Origin: Daphnia carinata
Lineage: Eukaryota
Assembly (NCBI RefSeq): GCF_022539665.2
Contig: NC_081331.1
Span: 6,386,001-6,450,000 of the forward strand
Direction: 5' to 3'
Length of the DNA stretch: 64,000 nucleotides
Below, in pieces: positions 26,413 to 41,196 of this stretch. Each line of letters begins with the position of its first letter. The first letter of the stretch is position 1. The notes under the pieces were generated by a model, which did not search any database, was not told where the DNA came from, and saw only the letters and a list, made by a program, of their open reading frames with translations. The position numbers were made by a program, and so were the translations under genes.

Positions 26413-29043
26413 GTTTACAAAGGTTTGCTGGGTGATTTCTCACCTGGCACCAACCAGAAGAGAAACGAACAAACCAGTACGTATCAAAGTAGAAAACGAA
26501 GCAAAAACGGGAAACAAATGTGGACGAAAAATAACAAAAAAAAAAAAACACAACTAAAGGCTTAAGATGTCCCTGAATCGAAGGTTGGACTAACGGATAG
26601 GGCTAAACAGTAAATTTTGCTGGCAATCAACATGGTGTCTCGATTCGAGTTTTAATACTGGCATAAACGCATAATACAAGTTCTTGATTCACTAACGACA
26701 TCGTTTCGGCTTTCCCCCACTAAAACAAAAAGACCGTCTACGTGAATGAATAACAATTTCTCTTAGCCATTTTTTCATATATTACGTAGCATTCGCTTAA
26801 CTTAATGGACTGGTGCTTGATGAATGTGGTACATCTAGGCTATTCATTACCAAGACCTTATATAACTTACAGCGTCTATATCTCATAACAGCGAAGTGTA
26901 ATAAAGGACTTATTCCCTGAGAAGAAAGTTAATAACAAAGATGTACAATGCATATTGTCCTCGTCGAGAAAACCGATCAATATCCACACACCCAAGCACT
27001 GTACCGGCCTTTGTTCGTGCCTTCTGTGCTGTACGCCTTGCGGACGGCAATTTCGTTAATCGATGAAACTAATTATTGGCAGTCTCTCAATCATAGTACG
27101 AAATGATACGCTCGAGAATCAGCGGAAGCCTTTGTTATCTTCCTAATGGAACCACTACATCATACGCACCGGAGGTATAACCGAACGCACATTTCTTTAC
27201 ATCCTGTATTCTTGGAAACGAGATGATTTAAATTATGCTCGGAGTCTCACCTGAGAGGCGTCACCTTCAACATTGAACTGCAAACTGAGAGGAAGTTTAA
27301 AACAGCCGCCCTTGCCATCCTTTCTAGTAGTTTATTTAAAGTACAGGGGGTGTTGCGATCAGCCACATTTTGGGACGAACATTTTAAAGTAGTTGGCCTA
27401 TATAATTGAGGCTTTGAATTGGCAATTATCGTCGGCGCTGCCGTAACGTACATTGTTATTGCGCGTTTCGCTATTGGTGCACACCAAAAGTCAATATATT
27501 GCCGGCGGTTGTAGTCATTTGCTTAAAGTTCCCTCGAAATATGCCGTTGTTGTTGATCGTTGAGTATTAGTGAAAACAAAGAAAACTTCCCTTTTTTTTT
27601 GCGAGCTTTTGGCATACAGAAAAACAACTAAAAACTATAAAACCAAACAAGTGAAAGTGCAGTGCGGCATCTAAATATCTCCCATGCGTCATCGTGTTGG
27701 CGCAGTGGAACACGGAAAACTAACTTGATAGAATTGGACTGGTGTTCTCCCCCGAGGAAGTGGCAACAAACAGAATCAAAATAAAGGACTGATTTAATGT
27801 AAATACCGGTAAATCTCTTCATATTTCAGTATTCTCATCCGTAAAAAATAGCGAAAAAATGGGGCCAGGGACGGTACGGCCTTCGTAGAACACACAACTT
27901 TGTGACATGTTAAAAAAGAGGAGTTCAAATATTAACAGTGAGATTTGGTCCACAAAAACTTGGAAATTGCCTTTTAAAAAAATGTAAGCTGTAATTTTTC
28001 GACAGAAGTTCGAATTAAAACAAATAGACTGGCTCATTAGCCAGCAACTGTACCATTCCTGAGATCATATATCAATCTCGTTTTTTATTTCAAGCAAATT
28101 TTGACAATCGACCTGTTAAGTCTTCTCCTCGCAACCAGAGTAGAGAAGATTGTGTTTCACAGCAATGTGCGTATACGATGACTGTGACGCAAATGAGGCT
28201 CATAATATTGATCGCTTTTTATTATTTTCTAGCTCTATGAAAACGAAAAGAAAGAAGAATATACTAGGCTCAGCAAAATACTACTTTGTTGACAAGTCAA
28301 GCGCTCTAGCTTTCGTTTCCTGAGGAAACTGGACTGAAAGGGCGAGAGGAGGGTCTGATGACGTCGTGCGCTATCGATTGATGTCTCCGTGGTCTCCCGT
28401 TTCCTGCCTTGCGTATTATAACAGCTCGGGACCTTGCCTAGTTGCAGTGGGGTAAGAAAAAATATTGGGAAAGATAAACAGGAGTAGGAAACCCGCATAA
28501 CAATTATCAAGCGGCAAAAACTGGTCCAAACAAACACCAGCATCGTTACGACCCCTGTAGGCAACAAGAAAAATCGTCAGTCAGTTGGTGACACGCGCCG
28601 TTCGTTTTCATTTGTGAAATAAAAATAGAAAAAACAAACAAAAAAAACCTCAGGTAATGTGTCCGTTCATTCACTTGAAGAGTGTAGAAAAAACAAGAGT
28701 GCAGCAAGTCGTATTGATCGTGATTTAGCCACGCAACAGAACAGCGGAGATGGGCACACACTAAAACGCCTACACGTACTCACGCGTTTAGCTTCTGCGC
28801 CGTCCATTGCTCGTCGTTTGATCGAGACACGACTCGCCGTCGTACAGTTTTGTTTCGGCCGCTCTTCTCAACGGTCTTTCACAGCTTTCTCTTGATTCGT
28901 GATTCCAATAATGGCTACCTGAATAGTCGGCATTGGACGGCCATTTTCTCGTGTAGTGCTTTCTCTACATTTAACTGCCTAATAAAAAAGGAATTACAGT
29001 GGTAATTGCTAGTTTAGTAGAGAGCCGGCCATCTCGTAAGGCC

Positions 29044-31397
29044 ATGGTCAACCGCTCGTGGTGGTTCCTGGCCTTTCTGCTGGTGGAGACGCAGTATTGT
29101 CTAGTCCTCGCAGGCCAGCATCGCAATTATCAAGGTTAGTTTCGATTTTTACCCTCTTCTTTCTTTTATGTCGTTTGCGAACAGCAACGCCATTTGTTTT
29201 TTCATACATGAAAGTAATAACCTCAACTGGGCTGTGTACACCAGCTGGTACTCGTACGACATCTGGCACGACGTCATCATCGGGCTTGATGTCGGTGTGA
29301 AGGGCGTGATATGAGCAATTTACATACAGCTTTCAGGTCACTAATGACATCTCTGGGAAAATTCTATTGTCTTGCAGATGCCACGGCTGATATGGATAAT
29401 GGGCCAGAGGATCTTCTTTTAGAAGAATTGGTGCGTAATTGGAAATGGGCAGCTGCACAGCAACATGCGGGGAATCGTCAACGACATCCCCAATTGGCAG
29501 GCATTCGATTAGCTGACGAAGACGACTACGCCGAACCAGAAGACAAGATCCAGTTCGAACCCAATAAGGACGACCATCGTCAGCAAAAGAATTTTGCATA
29601 TCGACCCCACGACGATAGATTTCAGAACCATCGTCCACCCGAGCCAACCCGACAAATTAAGACCGTTGATCCTCTTATCCAGTCTGCAGGTAGGTTTTTT
29701 CCTGCGACAACAAAGGAAGCCATTTTGGGCACACAACGGTGGCCAAAATGTAAAGGAGTCCGCATGTAATCTATGAACCCGGTTTTCTACTTTACAGCAC
29801 CAACCATTCCGTTTCGTATGAGCTTTAATGATATCCGCAACGCCGGGCAAAAGGAGACAGATGTTTTCGACGAAGCGCCAGTAGCTATTGCACAGCAGCA
29901 TCCACACCTTCAACAGCAGCAAATCCCGTCACCTTCGGCAACAGGAAAATTTGTTAAAAGTACATCCGTTAATTCGGAGGAGGCTGATGAAAATCCTGAA
30001 TCGCGCATTTCACGCGATCCCGTCGCACACGCCATCGTCAGTTCAACAAAAACTGAACGTATCCACGACTCGCTAGCAGACATATACCTCACAGGTATTG
30101 CAAACGTTTTCTGAATTACAAACACAGACTAGTAATTATCCCCAATTCATTTCCTTTTGCTTGTATGGCTTGATTGATTGCCAGCTCTGGTGGCAGGATG
30201 CACAGCGTCAGTTGTAGCAGCCCTCTTGGCATTGGGCGTTTGCTTCTATAGGTGAGTGTCTACTTTTTTTTCAATCAATTCCTTTCTTTGAAAAGGAGGG
30301 TGGGGGGCTCTGGCAGACATGCCAACATCACAAGAGGTTTCTGAAAAGCCGGGGACGTCACATTCAATAAGTCGTAGCCAAGGATTTGGTAGCGTTCAAG
30401 GATCGATTAAATCAGGCAGCAAAAGCAAACAGGATCCGCTTTAAGACACGAATTTTGCACTTTCCTTCCACAAACTAACTCAAGTGAACAAGTAAAGGAT
30501 TTCCAGGGCAAATGGAAGAAATCTTTAAAAGCCAATCTTTTTTTGAGAGAGAGGGGGGATATGAGATGGCGTTATCGATCGATGATGAACAGGCTGCTAC
30601 CTCAATATTTATTGTGAAAACATTTCCAAAATTCTGTTTCTTACCCTATTTGGGATCATCGAAAAACTAGAACGTGTTCGACAAACAGCTGGCACGACGA
30701 TCAGCTGATCACATAAAGCAATTGATCTCTTACAAATACGACTCAAAATATTTGATAATCAGAACAAGTAAACGTAGCCAAATTTTACCTTAGATGGCAG
30801 AGAAGAGCCAAAGCGGCCCAAGAAGTTGAGTACCCAGCTTACGGAATCACTGGTCCTGGCCCATCGCCTAGCGGTAAATCGTCACTGAAGTCTTCACCTT
30901 CGTCCTCGACACCGGGAGGTGGCATTAGTGGCTGGACTTTGGGTAAAACCCCCAAAGCGGTAGCCAGTAGCGGTGACAAGAAATTGGCTCACTCGGCCCA
31001 TATGTTTCACTTCCAGCACCAAAAACAACAAGTCATTGCACTAGAAAGGTTCTCAGCTTTTTCCTCACACTCACGTGTTACACAGGCAATGGAATCAGAT
31101 TTCTACATCAGTGTCTTATTTTTGCTTACGTAGTCATTCAGGATGTGACAGACGAGGCTCCAATTCGGGAGGAGAAAGCGACGAGGACAACGAGGAAGGT
31201 GACTACACTGTTTACGAATGTCCTGGGTTGGCACCGGTAACGACACAATCTTTTCATTCTTCAGTAGCTCCCCAAGTCGCGAGCTAATAATATTTTTGTT
31301 TTGTGAAAAGACTGGCGAAATGGAAGTTAAGAACCCGCTCTTCCTTGACGATCCGACTCCTGCCACGCCAGCAGCCGTGAAACGTCAATCCAAATAG
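29044..31397 (+). CDS. NPDC1: Neural proliferation differentiation and control protein 1 / cab-1-like type I membrane protein
   Basis: Signal peptide MVNRSWWFLAFLLVETQYCLVLA, TM exon ALVAGCTASVVAALLALGVCFYR, and cytoplasmic motifs EYPAYGITGP, GDKKLAHSAHMFHFQHQKQQVIALE and EEGDYTVYECPGLAP/TGEMEVKNPLF. Confidence 0.88.
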
Positions 31398-32101
31398 ACA
31401 AGAGAGAACAAGTGAGAGAGAGAGAGAAAACTATTCACTTTACTAAAATCCGAATTCATCAATGGCCAGATATATGCCACAAACCCTTCTCTCCAACAGT
31501 AAAAATTCAAAATAAAAAAAAGAAAAGAAAATGATGTGAACTGTTGACAAAAGGTTGTATGATTTTTTAAACATGAGGTCATCAATGTACTACGTTTTAC
31601 ACGTTCGTTTTCCAAACAACTATTTTATCATATTTCCTTAAATGTCTATTAACGCCAACCTATAATTACCAAAAAAAAAAAGTTTTCAACTCTTTTCTAT
31701 CACCATCTTTCACGTTTCACTCCCTCTTGTTCTCCTTGGTTCCATTCAGATTCAAAATATACATGATTTATATATTATATATATGATAAAGATAGAGTAA
31801 CGATATTCCTCTCCGGCACCCTCCTTATTGTTATTATACATTGGGTTGACATTATTAATACACTATTTTGATGTTGCCACGCCACGAAAATTGAAACCAT
31901 TTTTTTATCTTTTTTTTTTGTATTATTTAACTTTCAAAACAAAAACCGGGACGCAATAATTTTCTTACGTTTTTCTTGCACCCGGGATGCACTAGAATTT
32001 CTTTTGGGGAAAGAATTTTTTTTTTAAATTGAAATAAGTAATCGAAAAACGCAAGCCAAACGAAGACATAAACTAAATCATGTAAAAAGGAGCTGAATTA
32101 A

Positions 32102-34854
32102 CTAGGAACTGGAAGTCGACGAAGCAATTTTCAGTAGTTCTTTCTGTTCCTGTCTGGCTTCCACTAGAAAAATGGACTCTTTTGTCTCCTTGGCGCTATG
32201 CACGTCGATCTTGTCGTAAATGATGCCGTTAAGGCCCAAGTTCTTCAAGTATCGGATGGTTGCTTGGTCATTATTATCCTCTCCCCAGCAGAAGAGGATG
32301 AGGCCTCGGCTTTGTACTAAAGCCACCTGAGTGGGATCGCGCAGAATATCTTCCGAATGCACACACAAACCCTTATGGGGAAGAGAAAAACGAAATTCGA
32401 TCATTTATGATACTGGGCACTGCTTTTCCATTGATGTTCAAAAGAGGAAAAGAAAAAAGCCTTATTACCAATATGCCAATCGCTGAAACGAAGTGAACTC
32501 CTGTGGGGATATTGTGAGTGCGGGGGTCGTGGTAGTCGGCGAACTTTGCTGTGATTCCCTGAGTTAGAAACATGACTGGGTATTTGTTCTGCTTCATACG
32601 TAACCTTCAAAACAACAATGGAAAGGTCGTAAAGTCTCACTGGTTTCCACATTTGAAAAAAAGGAATACTTACATGGTGCAAATGTCAGGATGGAAGCAT
32701 GAAAAGATAATCTTTCGTGTTCCGCCATACTGCAACACTGGCTTCAGGATAGTGTCCAGGTAGAGGTTGAGTTCAAATGGGTTGTTGAGTTCGAACGATC
32801 CATCCTAGAAAATAATTCAGCTAAACTTGAACGAACGCAAAATCGGATTTGATTTTTTTTTACCTTAAGTTGCATAGTCCATTTAATTTCAATGTTGAAG
32901 CCGCAATGCGGATCCAAGTGTTCCAAGGCACGTTGTAACGTGGGGAATGGCTGGTGATCATCAAAATCGTCATCATTGAGTTTAGGCACGCGAGTGTTCT
33001 CTTTGACATGGTAAATTTTGAGTTTTTGCAACTGGGCTAGGGTCAGCTCTTTGATAGGCAAATGAAGCATATCAACATGCCCTTCAGTGTTGCCATTAGT
33101 GCCTTCATCTTTCCCGAGTTTCTTCATCATTGCAGTGTAGACGTAAAAATCGTGGTAAATAACCGGTATCATATCCTTGGACAGTTGGACATCAAATTCA
33201 ATCATGTCGGCTCCATGTTTGGCAGCATGGGCTAAGGACGCTATAGTATTCTCCCGAATGGACGAACAACTTTTTCGACAGCGCAGGACAAGCAATAGTT
33301 TTTAAACGTGGAACATTAGATGTCAAGAGTAAATGGCTCAATCACCTCTTCAGTGCTTCTTTAAAAGAACTGCCGGCACCACGGTGGCCCACTTCTAAAC
33401 CGCGCCAAGTATGCTTCCAATGGCGAGCAAAAGATATGGACATGTCGCACTCGAATCCGTTCATAGGCCGCACGATCAAGTAATCCACTGAAATTTCAAA
33501 GGTATTTTGACAACGCCACAGTCACGCTGGCCAGCGCAGGTACCTTTTAGTTGGCCGATAGCCAAGTGCTTGGGACTGGTAATGGGCACAGTGGCACAGC
33601 CTTCACTTTGCGTCATGTTGTTCTGTAGGACGTAGCAAAATCCAACATGCTCGGGTGGATCCCCTCCGGATGTATTATGGGCGTAGAAGTCCACCAAAAA
33701 TGTCTATGGATCATAAAACACAACTGAAAATCTACTGGACATTGATGATTGTTTTATCTACTTACCACCGATTCGGGTTTGGTAACCTGAGCTTGAAAAA
33801 TTAGATAAGATCCGCGATCCATTAATTGGCCAAACTGCTGCTGAGGCTTGAACTCGCAATCAGCATTATTCATTGCCTAAAATAGAACAAAGTATAGCTT
33901 GAATACAACTAAAATGCACGAAAAGAAAAGGCAAAGACCCTTACCGCCACTTCAATTAAAGGCCAAGATTTAACCGCATTGCGTACGTCTTGCACATCCC
34001 AGCTTTCATCAATTCCACCATCCCGAACAGTATTGCTGCACGAGACATCAACCTCGACAGGTGTTACTTTCACGCGAAACTGACAGTTAAAAAAGAACTT
34101 AGAATTTGCTGGAATATATAAAAAGCTATGTAAAATTACAGCCTTTCCATGAAGAGATTTCTTCCACATGCGAATAGGATCGTTGTACAATTTCAGTTGG
34201 ACCACGGTTTCTTTCGTAAGCCAGCCTCGATCGACCCGTGTTTCTCCGTTGTAAGTCCCAAAGAGGTCAATGTGAATTAGGTCATTTTGAGAGCCTAGGA
34301 AATGTAAAATATTTTTTTGTTATACGATTGTTAACTGATTAGATAATCAACACAAATATACTGTTAATCTTTATTAGTCTTGGTGAGATGTTGGTCTCCC
34401 ATCTCCTCACAATTAAATCTCTTTTGTTTCCTTCATCATTTTCAGCTATGTGATCCAAGACGATGCAAGTGAAATAGCGGAAGTAAACTTCTTGATCCAC
34501 CGGTAGCTGAACAGTCCCCTGCCAAATTTCATTCCTACATTAAGCATATAAACATTAATAACACAATTCTTCAAGAAGAAATGTACAAAGTTTGGGTGAA
34601 AGTTTTGAATCCACTTATCAGATAGCCACTCACCCATCTGATGAATTAACTATACTTTTGGTCAGGAGGATTCCATTTTGGTGGTTCCAGTTTCCCAACT
34701 GATGGCAGTTTCCAACAACCCCAACACATTCACCTGGTGTAGTCCTCAAAGTCACACGGAAATTCCACTCTCTTCCAAACATCTAATAATAAGCACAGCT
34801 ATTAATTGAATTGCACTGAAAAATCTAACAAAGGATCACCATGCTTACTTTCAT
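32102..34854 (-). CDS. GPCPD1: Glycerophosphocholine phosphodiesterase (CBM20 + GDPD domains)
   Basis: N-terminal CBM20-like VGVVGNCHQLGNWNH. GDPD motifs EVGHRGAGSSF, RENTIASL...GADMIEFDVQLSKD, QPFPTL, GFNIEIKW, IIFSCFHPDIC, KQNKYPVMFLTQG and FCWGEDNN. Start is either MK at 34854 or M at 34782. Confidence 0.92.
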
Positions 34855-36136
34855 TTAAGAGCTATACTTCACTAAACGCGATCCTAACCTCAAGTTATAT
34901 TCCAACAAAACTTTATGCGGACATTTCGTTTTTTATGCCCGAGGTAGACTTCGGATATTGAACTCACAACAGTCGTGACTATTCAGACCGCCTGACTTGA
35001 GCCAATTGGGAATTAGGTTATGCCTACCTCTGCTGGGCTTTTTTTCTACTAATCACAATTGTAAAGATCGAAAATACGAATGAAACCAACTCGATAGTCG
35101 TTAAATCGATAAATTCATTGTAGCAATTTTGAATACCTCTTTAAGACATGTTTTCAGTACAAAAAGCTCGAAGACATCTCTGTAAAAACTGGTTTAGACC
35201 AGTTCAGCTAGCAGAAACCGGTAAAGTCTCGTCCCACTAGGCTACTACCCAGTAAAATACTGCAAAGCAACGGAACATCAGTCTACCTAAAGTGCGGGTA
35301 TCGGGATAGCTTTTCCTAAACTGCGGGTCACGAACCGCAGGCGACGAACTTTTACTTGCAATCTAGGTATTTATCCTACTACGGACAGTATTGCAAACTT
35401 TGCGTACGTGATCGTCTAAAATAGATATCCAACGAAAACGGCTGTAATTCTATATGGATGTTATGAACACCCCCGAAACAATACACACATTATGCTTCTG
35501 ACGAAATAACCACAATGAACATGACTACCTCGTGAGTTTGAATTTCAATTGAGAAAGAGAACTTTGTTTTTATTAACAATGGATTCAATGCAAAAGTTTT
35601 TGCATTCCCGCCTTCCACTGAAACAAGCATTTTCAATGAAACCTTTATTGGCATAGATATCAAAAGAAGGAAAAGGCATTTCAGTTTTCAATCAGCGCTC
35701 GTAAAAGGCAAACTAGGGCGGACTGAGAAACATTGAAGATTGATTTCTGTTAGGGGCAGAAGTCAGAGTTCAAATAAAACCCTGTAGCACGCATTCGCCA
35801 AGAGAAAGGCTTATATTTATGAACATGCGGTTATCAAAGAAAGCAGATGATAACATGCACAGTGATATCTTTGCATCGCAGTTAAAAATATACAAATATA
35901 AGCGTCAGCATGGATGATATGTAATGGTTATTGACATGGTTGAAATTACAATAAAACAACACGTTGCAGACTGCGATAAGCACAAATCACACTCCAAAAA
36001 CTAGACGTACAGCTCACGAAATTAACTTCTTGCTTATACTCTCAAACATTTCATACAGGTAATTGACTTAAAGACATTTCAATAACCAAAATTTGAAAAA
36101 AAGAATAATTTACGTAGTTTCGGCCAGTACAATAGA

Positions 36137-37330
36137 ATGGCGAACGAAAGTGAGAACAAATTATTGTTTCGAATGCACCACATTATTCCCCGTGGCTTAG
36201 CATCGTCTTTCAACAGTCCCGAAATTACGTTGCCGCCGTCTCCTGAAGAAATCGAGATCCAGATGACTTGGGGCAAAGTAGCAGGTGAATAGGTTGCTAA
36301 ATTAAGGCTGAAAATTGTTTTTCATAATTTTACGCCTTTTAAATATCATAGCCAAAGCCTGGGGTCCCGTGAATGGCCGGCCAATGATTGCTATTCACGG
36401 CTGGCTAGACAACTGCGGGACGTTTGATACTTTGATCCCTCTTCTACCCAAGGATTTAAGGATAATCGCCGTAGACATGTAAGCTTTGATTGCACTTTCT
36501 AATCAGTGATGGCCCAATCGGTCAAACACTTCATTTTTTTTTTTTTCAATAGTCCGGGTCATGGTCTCAGCAGTCACTTTCCACCTGATATCGCCTATAA
36601 TTATGTCGACACACTGTTGGCCGTCGAGAGAATGTTTGAACGTTTTCAATGGAAAAAATGTTCGTTTTTAGTCCACAGTTTAGGTGGAGCAACAGCTATG
36701 CTTTACGCCGGAGTGGTAATACATTCAAACGATAACTCAGAAAGTGTTTGGTAATCGAATAGTTTTTAAAAAAAGTTTCCAGAGAAAGTAGAGAAAGTCA
36801 TCTGTTTGGACATAATCCGGGCGACACCAACGATTCCAACTACGGTGGATGTTCGATTACGCAAAACCGTTGGGAAATTACTCAAATACGAAGCAGCTAT
36901 AGTCGCAGGACCCGAAGAGCCCGTCAGCTACGAAGCAGCTGTGGAACGATGGGTTAGTGGAACTTTCGGCTCGCTCGATGAAAAAGCGTGTCACATTTTG
37001 TGTCAGAGAGGCATAAAAAAGTTAGACGGAGGCTACGTTTTTAGTCGCGATCGACGTCTACTTGCAGCTCCTCTGGCTTTCATTCCGAAAGAAGATCAAC
37101 TTATTTTAGCTCGCAAAACCACAGCCCATGTCCTCGTCATCAAATTCATTGACGGCCCGTATTTTGAAGATCCAGAAGATTATCAGGAACATATGCAAGC
37201 ACTTCAAACTTCATCCAAATGTGTCCGTTACGTTGAAATTGAGGGGAAACATCACACTCACCTGACTCACCCCGAAACGGTTGCCCCCATTATTAATGAT
37301 TTCTTGAATTATCGTTCCGAATCAGTTTGA
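36137..37330 (+). CDS. Serine hydrolase-like alpha/beta hydrolase (kraken/SERHL family)
   Basis: EIEIQMTWGKVA/AKAWGP, AIHGWLDNCGTFDTLIPLL, DIPGHGLSSH, nucleophile elbow VHSLGG, FSRDRRL and catalytic His region EGKHHTHL. Confidence 0.88.
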
Positions 37331-39240
37331 ATTTTTCTCTGTCATAACCTTTTACAATTCCCATAATTACAACAGTTTTAACAATGTTAATATTACATTT
37401 GATCCTAAATTTTCTGATTCAATTATTCATCCTTCACCCAGTGACTGTGCACTTTAAGAATGTAAACATGACGTAACACTACGCCCTCTTATCGATTACG
37501 AATGCAAGTGTGAAAACAAAAATTTGTCCCAAGTGTCAATGGCTTTCTACATAGGGAGTTAACAATCGTCTGCCACTGTCTTGACCAAAATAAGCAATCG
37601 TCACTTTGGTTCAATCCTTAAGTAGGTACAGAAATCGAACTGGCCAATAACGAAAATAAAGCTGTAGAGGACTACTTACGTTTTTGTTGAATTTCCAATC
37701 AGAAGACTAGCTTTCGACCAGTGTTGCACGAACTTTTTGGTTGGACAGAACCATCGTTTTTGTGGTAGTGCCAAGTGTTTACAGATGTTTTGTTTTTGTT
37801 TTGTTTTTCCAACGGGTCCGCCCAGTTTCCAGATTACGCCAATAGGAGGAGTTACATACTACCACGTCGTCTACACGCAAAATGATTCACGTTCGAATGT
37901 TTACATAAGACCATAACTTTGGAATTTTTGATTTTCAAAATGCAATTCGCAATCGCGATGAAATCATGTTTTCAACATGTATGCAAATTTTGATGTCGTA
38001 ACCTACAGCCGCCAAGTTGTCATAGCAAAAACACGATTGATATGCTGTCGATGTAGAGATTCTCAGAATGTTTTCTACACCGGAAACATTAAAATTGTAT
38101 GGACTAATAAGGAAATGTCTTCTCCGGATTCCGATGATTGACGCATTAATCATCTTCATCCTGGATGAATTATACTTGGATTGGCGGTGATTACTGTGCA
38201 TCTATATTTCACATAGCTCTCGATCGAGTGTTAAAAATACCCGTAAACGTAAAATGAGATAAAGCTGCAGGTATTCAATGAACTCGTTTCAAGTCAATTA
38301 CTGGGCGGCAATACAAATCGTTTCCTCGTATCGCTGCACACTCCTTTCCGAGGATTCATTCCCTAGAAACCAATCTCAAATCTCTCGCTAGTTAGAATTT
38401 CAAGAAATATGAATCTATGAATTCATTTCATTTCTTTTTAACAGGGTGGTAAATCAGCAGAACTTCAAAAAGAATCAGAAATTAAAATTAAAGCATAAAG
38501 AACAACATGCTTGATTAATAGTATATTTGATATATCCAGAAACATGACCGACTCAATAGGCATTCAAGTGTAAATATTGGACATGGCAAACGTAGGCCTG
38601 TTCTTGTATAGAGATTTTTCACTAAAGTATAGGAAGTAGGAACTATTTTTTTTTTGTTGTTTTTTGGAGGCGGAGGAATAAAAAAATGTGTGATGGTAAG
38701 TTCTTCCTCCGTGGGAGATTGCACTGAAGAGAGAGATAGAAGAAGGGGGGAATGTTTATATATTTCCCTGCACTGACAATGAGAGAGATTCATATAAATA
38801 TATATACGCGTATTAGCAGCCATCGTTGGACAAATATATAGAACTCTGAATCAGAATAGACTAGATTTCATTTTGTTTTCCCATTCGGGAGCAGCACAGA
38901 AGGAAGGGCGGGAGAGGGCAAAATAAAGCAGCCAAATGATATGACGAAAGACGACCAACACAAACGGGTTGCGAACGTATCAATTGCACTGTTCCATCTT
39001 CAACTGTCCAAATCCATTTTTCCTTTTGTGCGTTTACCACGCGCACAAAGCAACAAGCTCGAGAAAAAAAAATACTGGCAAAAAAAAGAGACACGTAGTA
39101 CAAGGGGGCGTTGCCAAAAATACAAAAAAAAATTGAAGAAAAAATTATTTCAGCTAACGAAATACAAATAAATAAGACATATAATAATAAGATTTAATAG
39201 ACGGGGAGCGCTGTCCGTGCACATTATCTCGATAGTAGCG

Positions 39241-40343
39241 TTAGCGGCCAATTTTGTCGATCATTTCCGAGTAGTCCGGATCCTGATCCTCCATTAGCAA
39301 GACTTTGAGGCAAGCCTTGAAAAAAGGTGTACTAAAACATTCCGACCTGGAATTACACATTTATATTACAAACAATAATTTAAATTATCATTTAGCACAA
39401 ACTCGTATACCGCACACCAATCGAAAATAAAAAAGACAAAAACCACCCAAGTTTTTGTTAATGAAAGTGGGTCAATTGTTGGTCAGAAAATGCACATCAC
39501 CAGCCAGTTTAAAACACCTGATCGTTAGTTTCAGCGTTTTTTGCGAGTTACCAACGAGTTAGTTATAAGCCACAATTTGAAAGGCACCCCAGTCATTTGT
39601 AGGGCCTTGAATACGCACGTATTGAAAATGGAAAAGCAGAATAAGCTTTAAACAGAAGAGAAGTTGCTGCAAGGTTACTTTTGTTTGCCAGTTAAAATGG
39701 TAGTTTCGAAAGCTGATAAGCCATTTCTTTTGTTTGGAAACTGCTGAAACAACCAATTTTATACCTGGACACTTTTATGCCCTCTTTTTTAAATGGGGAT
39801 CTGGTGAATGATGGAAATATCTTTCATAACTCTTTGAATGTCTTTTTCGTCGTTGATGAGAAGGGCATCTAAGCAGCCCTTGAAATAGTTGGTGGTGAAG
39901 CAATTCTTCCTAATAAGAGAATTAGAACACGTTTCGTTATACAACCTCTTGTTTTTCACATCAACGACGTTGTAACCTTGCCCCTCGTTACAAATCAAAT
40001 GATTCGTTACCTTGACACAGTAAATGGCACACGAGATCAGAATCAGGACAATTTACCTGCAAAGTGTATGAAGTTCAGGTTCGCGATAGAGGCTGTAGCA
40101 GTCTTGACAAATGCGATCAAGGCGGGCGAAAATGCTTTTGTCGTAGAGCCCCTTGCAGTTGATATCAAAGAAAGACCGTTTGGACAAGGAATGGGGATTG
40201 CTGGATAAAGCGGACATGGCTGATGACGGGTAACTGGGCAGCACTGCCAACAAAAGCACTAGAAGAGTTGTGATGCCCAAGAGAGATCGCGTCGAGTAAG
40301 AACTAGGTGTTTGGCGTCCATTCTGTTGCACTGCGGCCATCAT
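39241..40343 (-). CDS. ITP: Ion transport peptide (CHH family), short amidated isoform ITP: exons 40343-40057 + 39346-39241
   Basis: Signal peptide, KR cleavage site, then mature SFFDINCKGLYDKSIFARLDRICQDCYSLYREPELHTLCR/SECFSTPFFKACLKVLLMEDQDPDYSEMIDKI-GR*. This gives 72 aa with 6 Cys and a Gly-Arg amidation signal. Confidence 0.93.
39789..40343 (-). CDS. ITPL: ITP-like long isoform ITPL: exons 40343-40057 + cassette exon 39909-39765 (stop at 39789)
   Basis: Alternative second half KNCFTTNYFKGCLDALLINDEKDIQRVMKDISIIHQIPI* (79-aa mature peptide, non-amidated). AG acceptor at 39910-39911 and GT donor at 39763-39764. Confidence 0.88.
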
Positions 40344-41196
40344 TTTCTCCGTATTTTCTAAAGGTTTAGTTGAACTGTAAAAAAAAATAAAAAAATTAAA
40401 AAAAAAATGTTTGTTTAAAAGCGGTGTTCTTCACATTTGCCGCGAAGCCGGTTTCTTTGTGACGGTGTATCTTGGAAAGCAAACTCCTCCTCTCACACTC
40501 ATTTTAGATGTTTAAAAAAAATCTTCCCCTTGAATGTATTACGCATCGACGTGTGGGCCGTGACATGGGCGTTTCCCAGTGGCTGACAGTGAATGTGTGA
40601 CGTCACAGTATTTCCCTTTGGTACGCATTCCTCAGGCATCGTTTCTCCTTGACCATATGTACGTTGATCGGACTTAGCGACATCATCATACACGTGAATC
40701 GAATTCGGCTGATGTAAAGGGCATAGAAAATAAGCCCGATAAACTTTTGTCTTTAAACACTAAATAAGTTTAGGAAATCACATTGTTTACAAAAAAACAA
40801 AATCGAAGCGGTAAGAACGAGCATTTTCTAGAAAGGGTAGGGTGCAAATAAAATACTTGAAAAGGAAGGGGTTGAAATTTAGAAGTTTGTGCATTTACCC
40901 TCACCTGGGGCAACTTTATGCTTCTCAACGGGTTGTCATAACCACAATGTATGGATGGCATTTATACATATTTCTAAAAAAAAACTCAGCTAAAGAGATA
41001 CTTGCTATTTTTCTAAATTGAATTTCAGGTAACTGGAGCAAAATTACCTGTGATTAATAACGCAAATCCTTGGGATCACACGTGGGCTTGATTTATAAAT
41101 GAGGGAACTGGCACTTTTATTTGATAGATCAAAGGTGAAGGAAAAGTTATTTTAAAAACCGTACAAGTGCAGAGTAAACACAAGAATAACGCTGCC

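Noticed and set aside
27694..27770. TGGCGCAGTGGAA tRNA A-box-like motif
   Set aside because: No anticodon arm or B-box follows.
40904..40961. Upstream ATG exon (MPSIHCGYDNPLRSIKLPQ) as an N-terminal extension of ITP
   Set aside because: The donor is phase 0 and would be out of frame with the acceptor at 40374.
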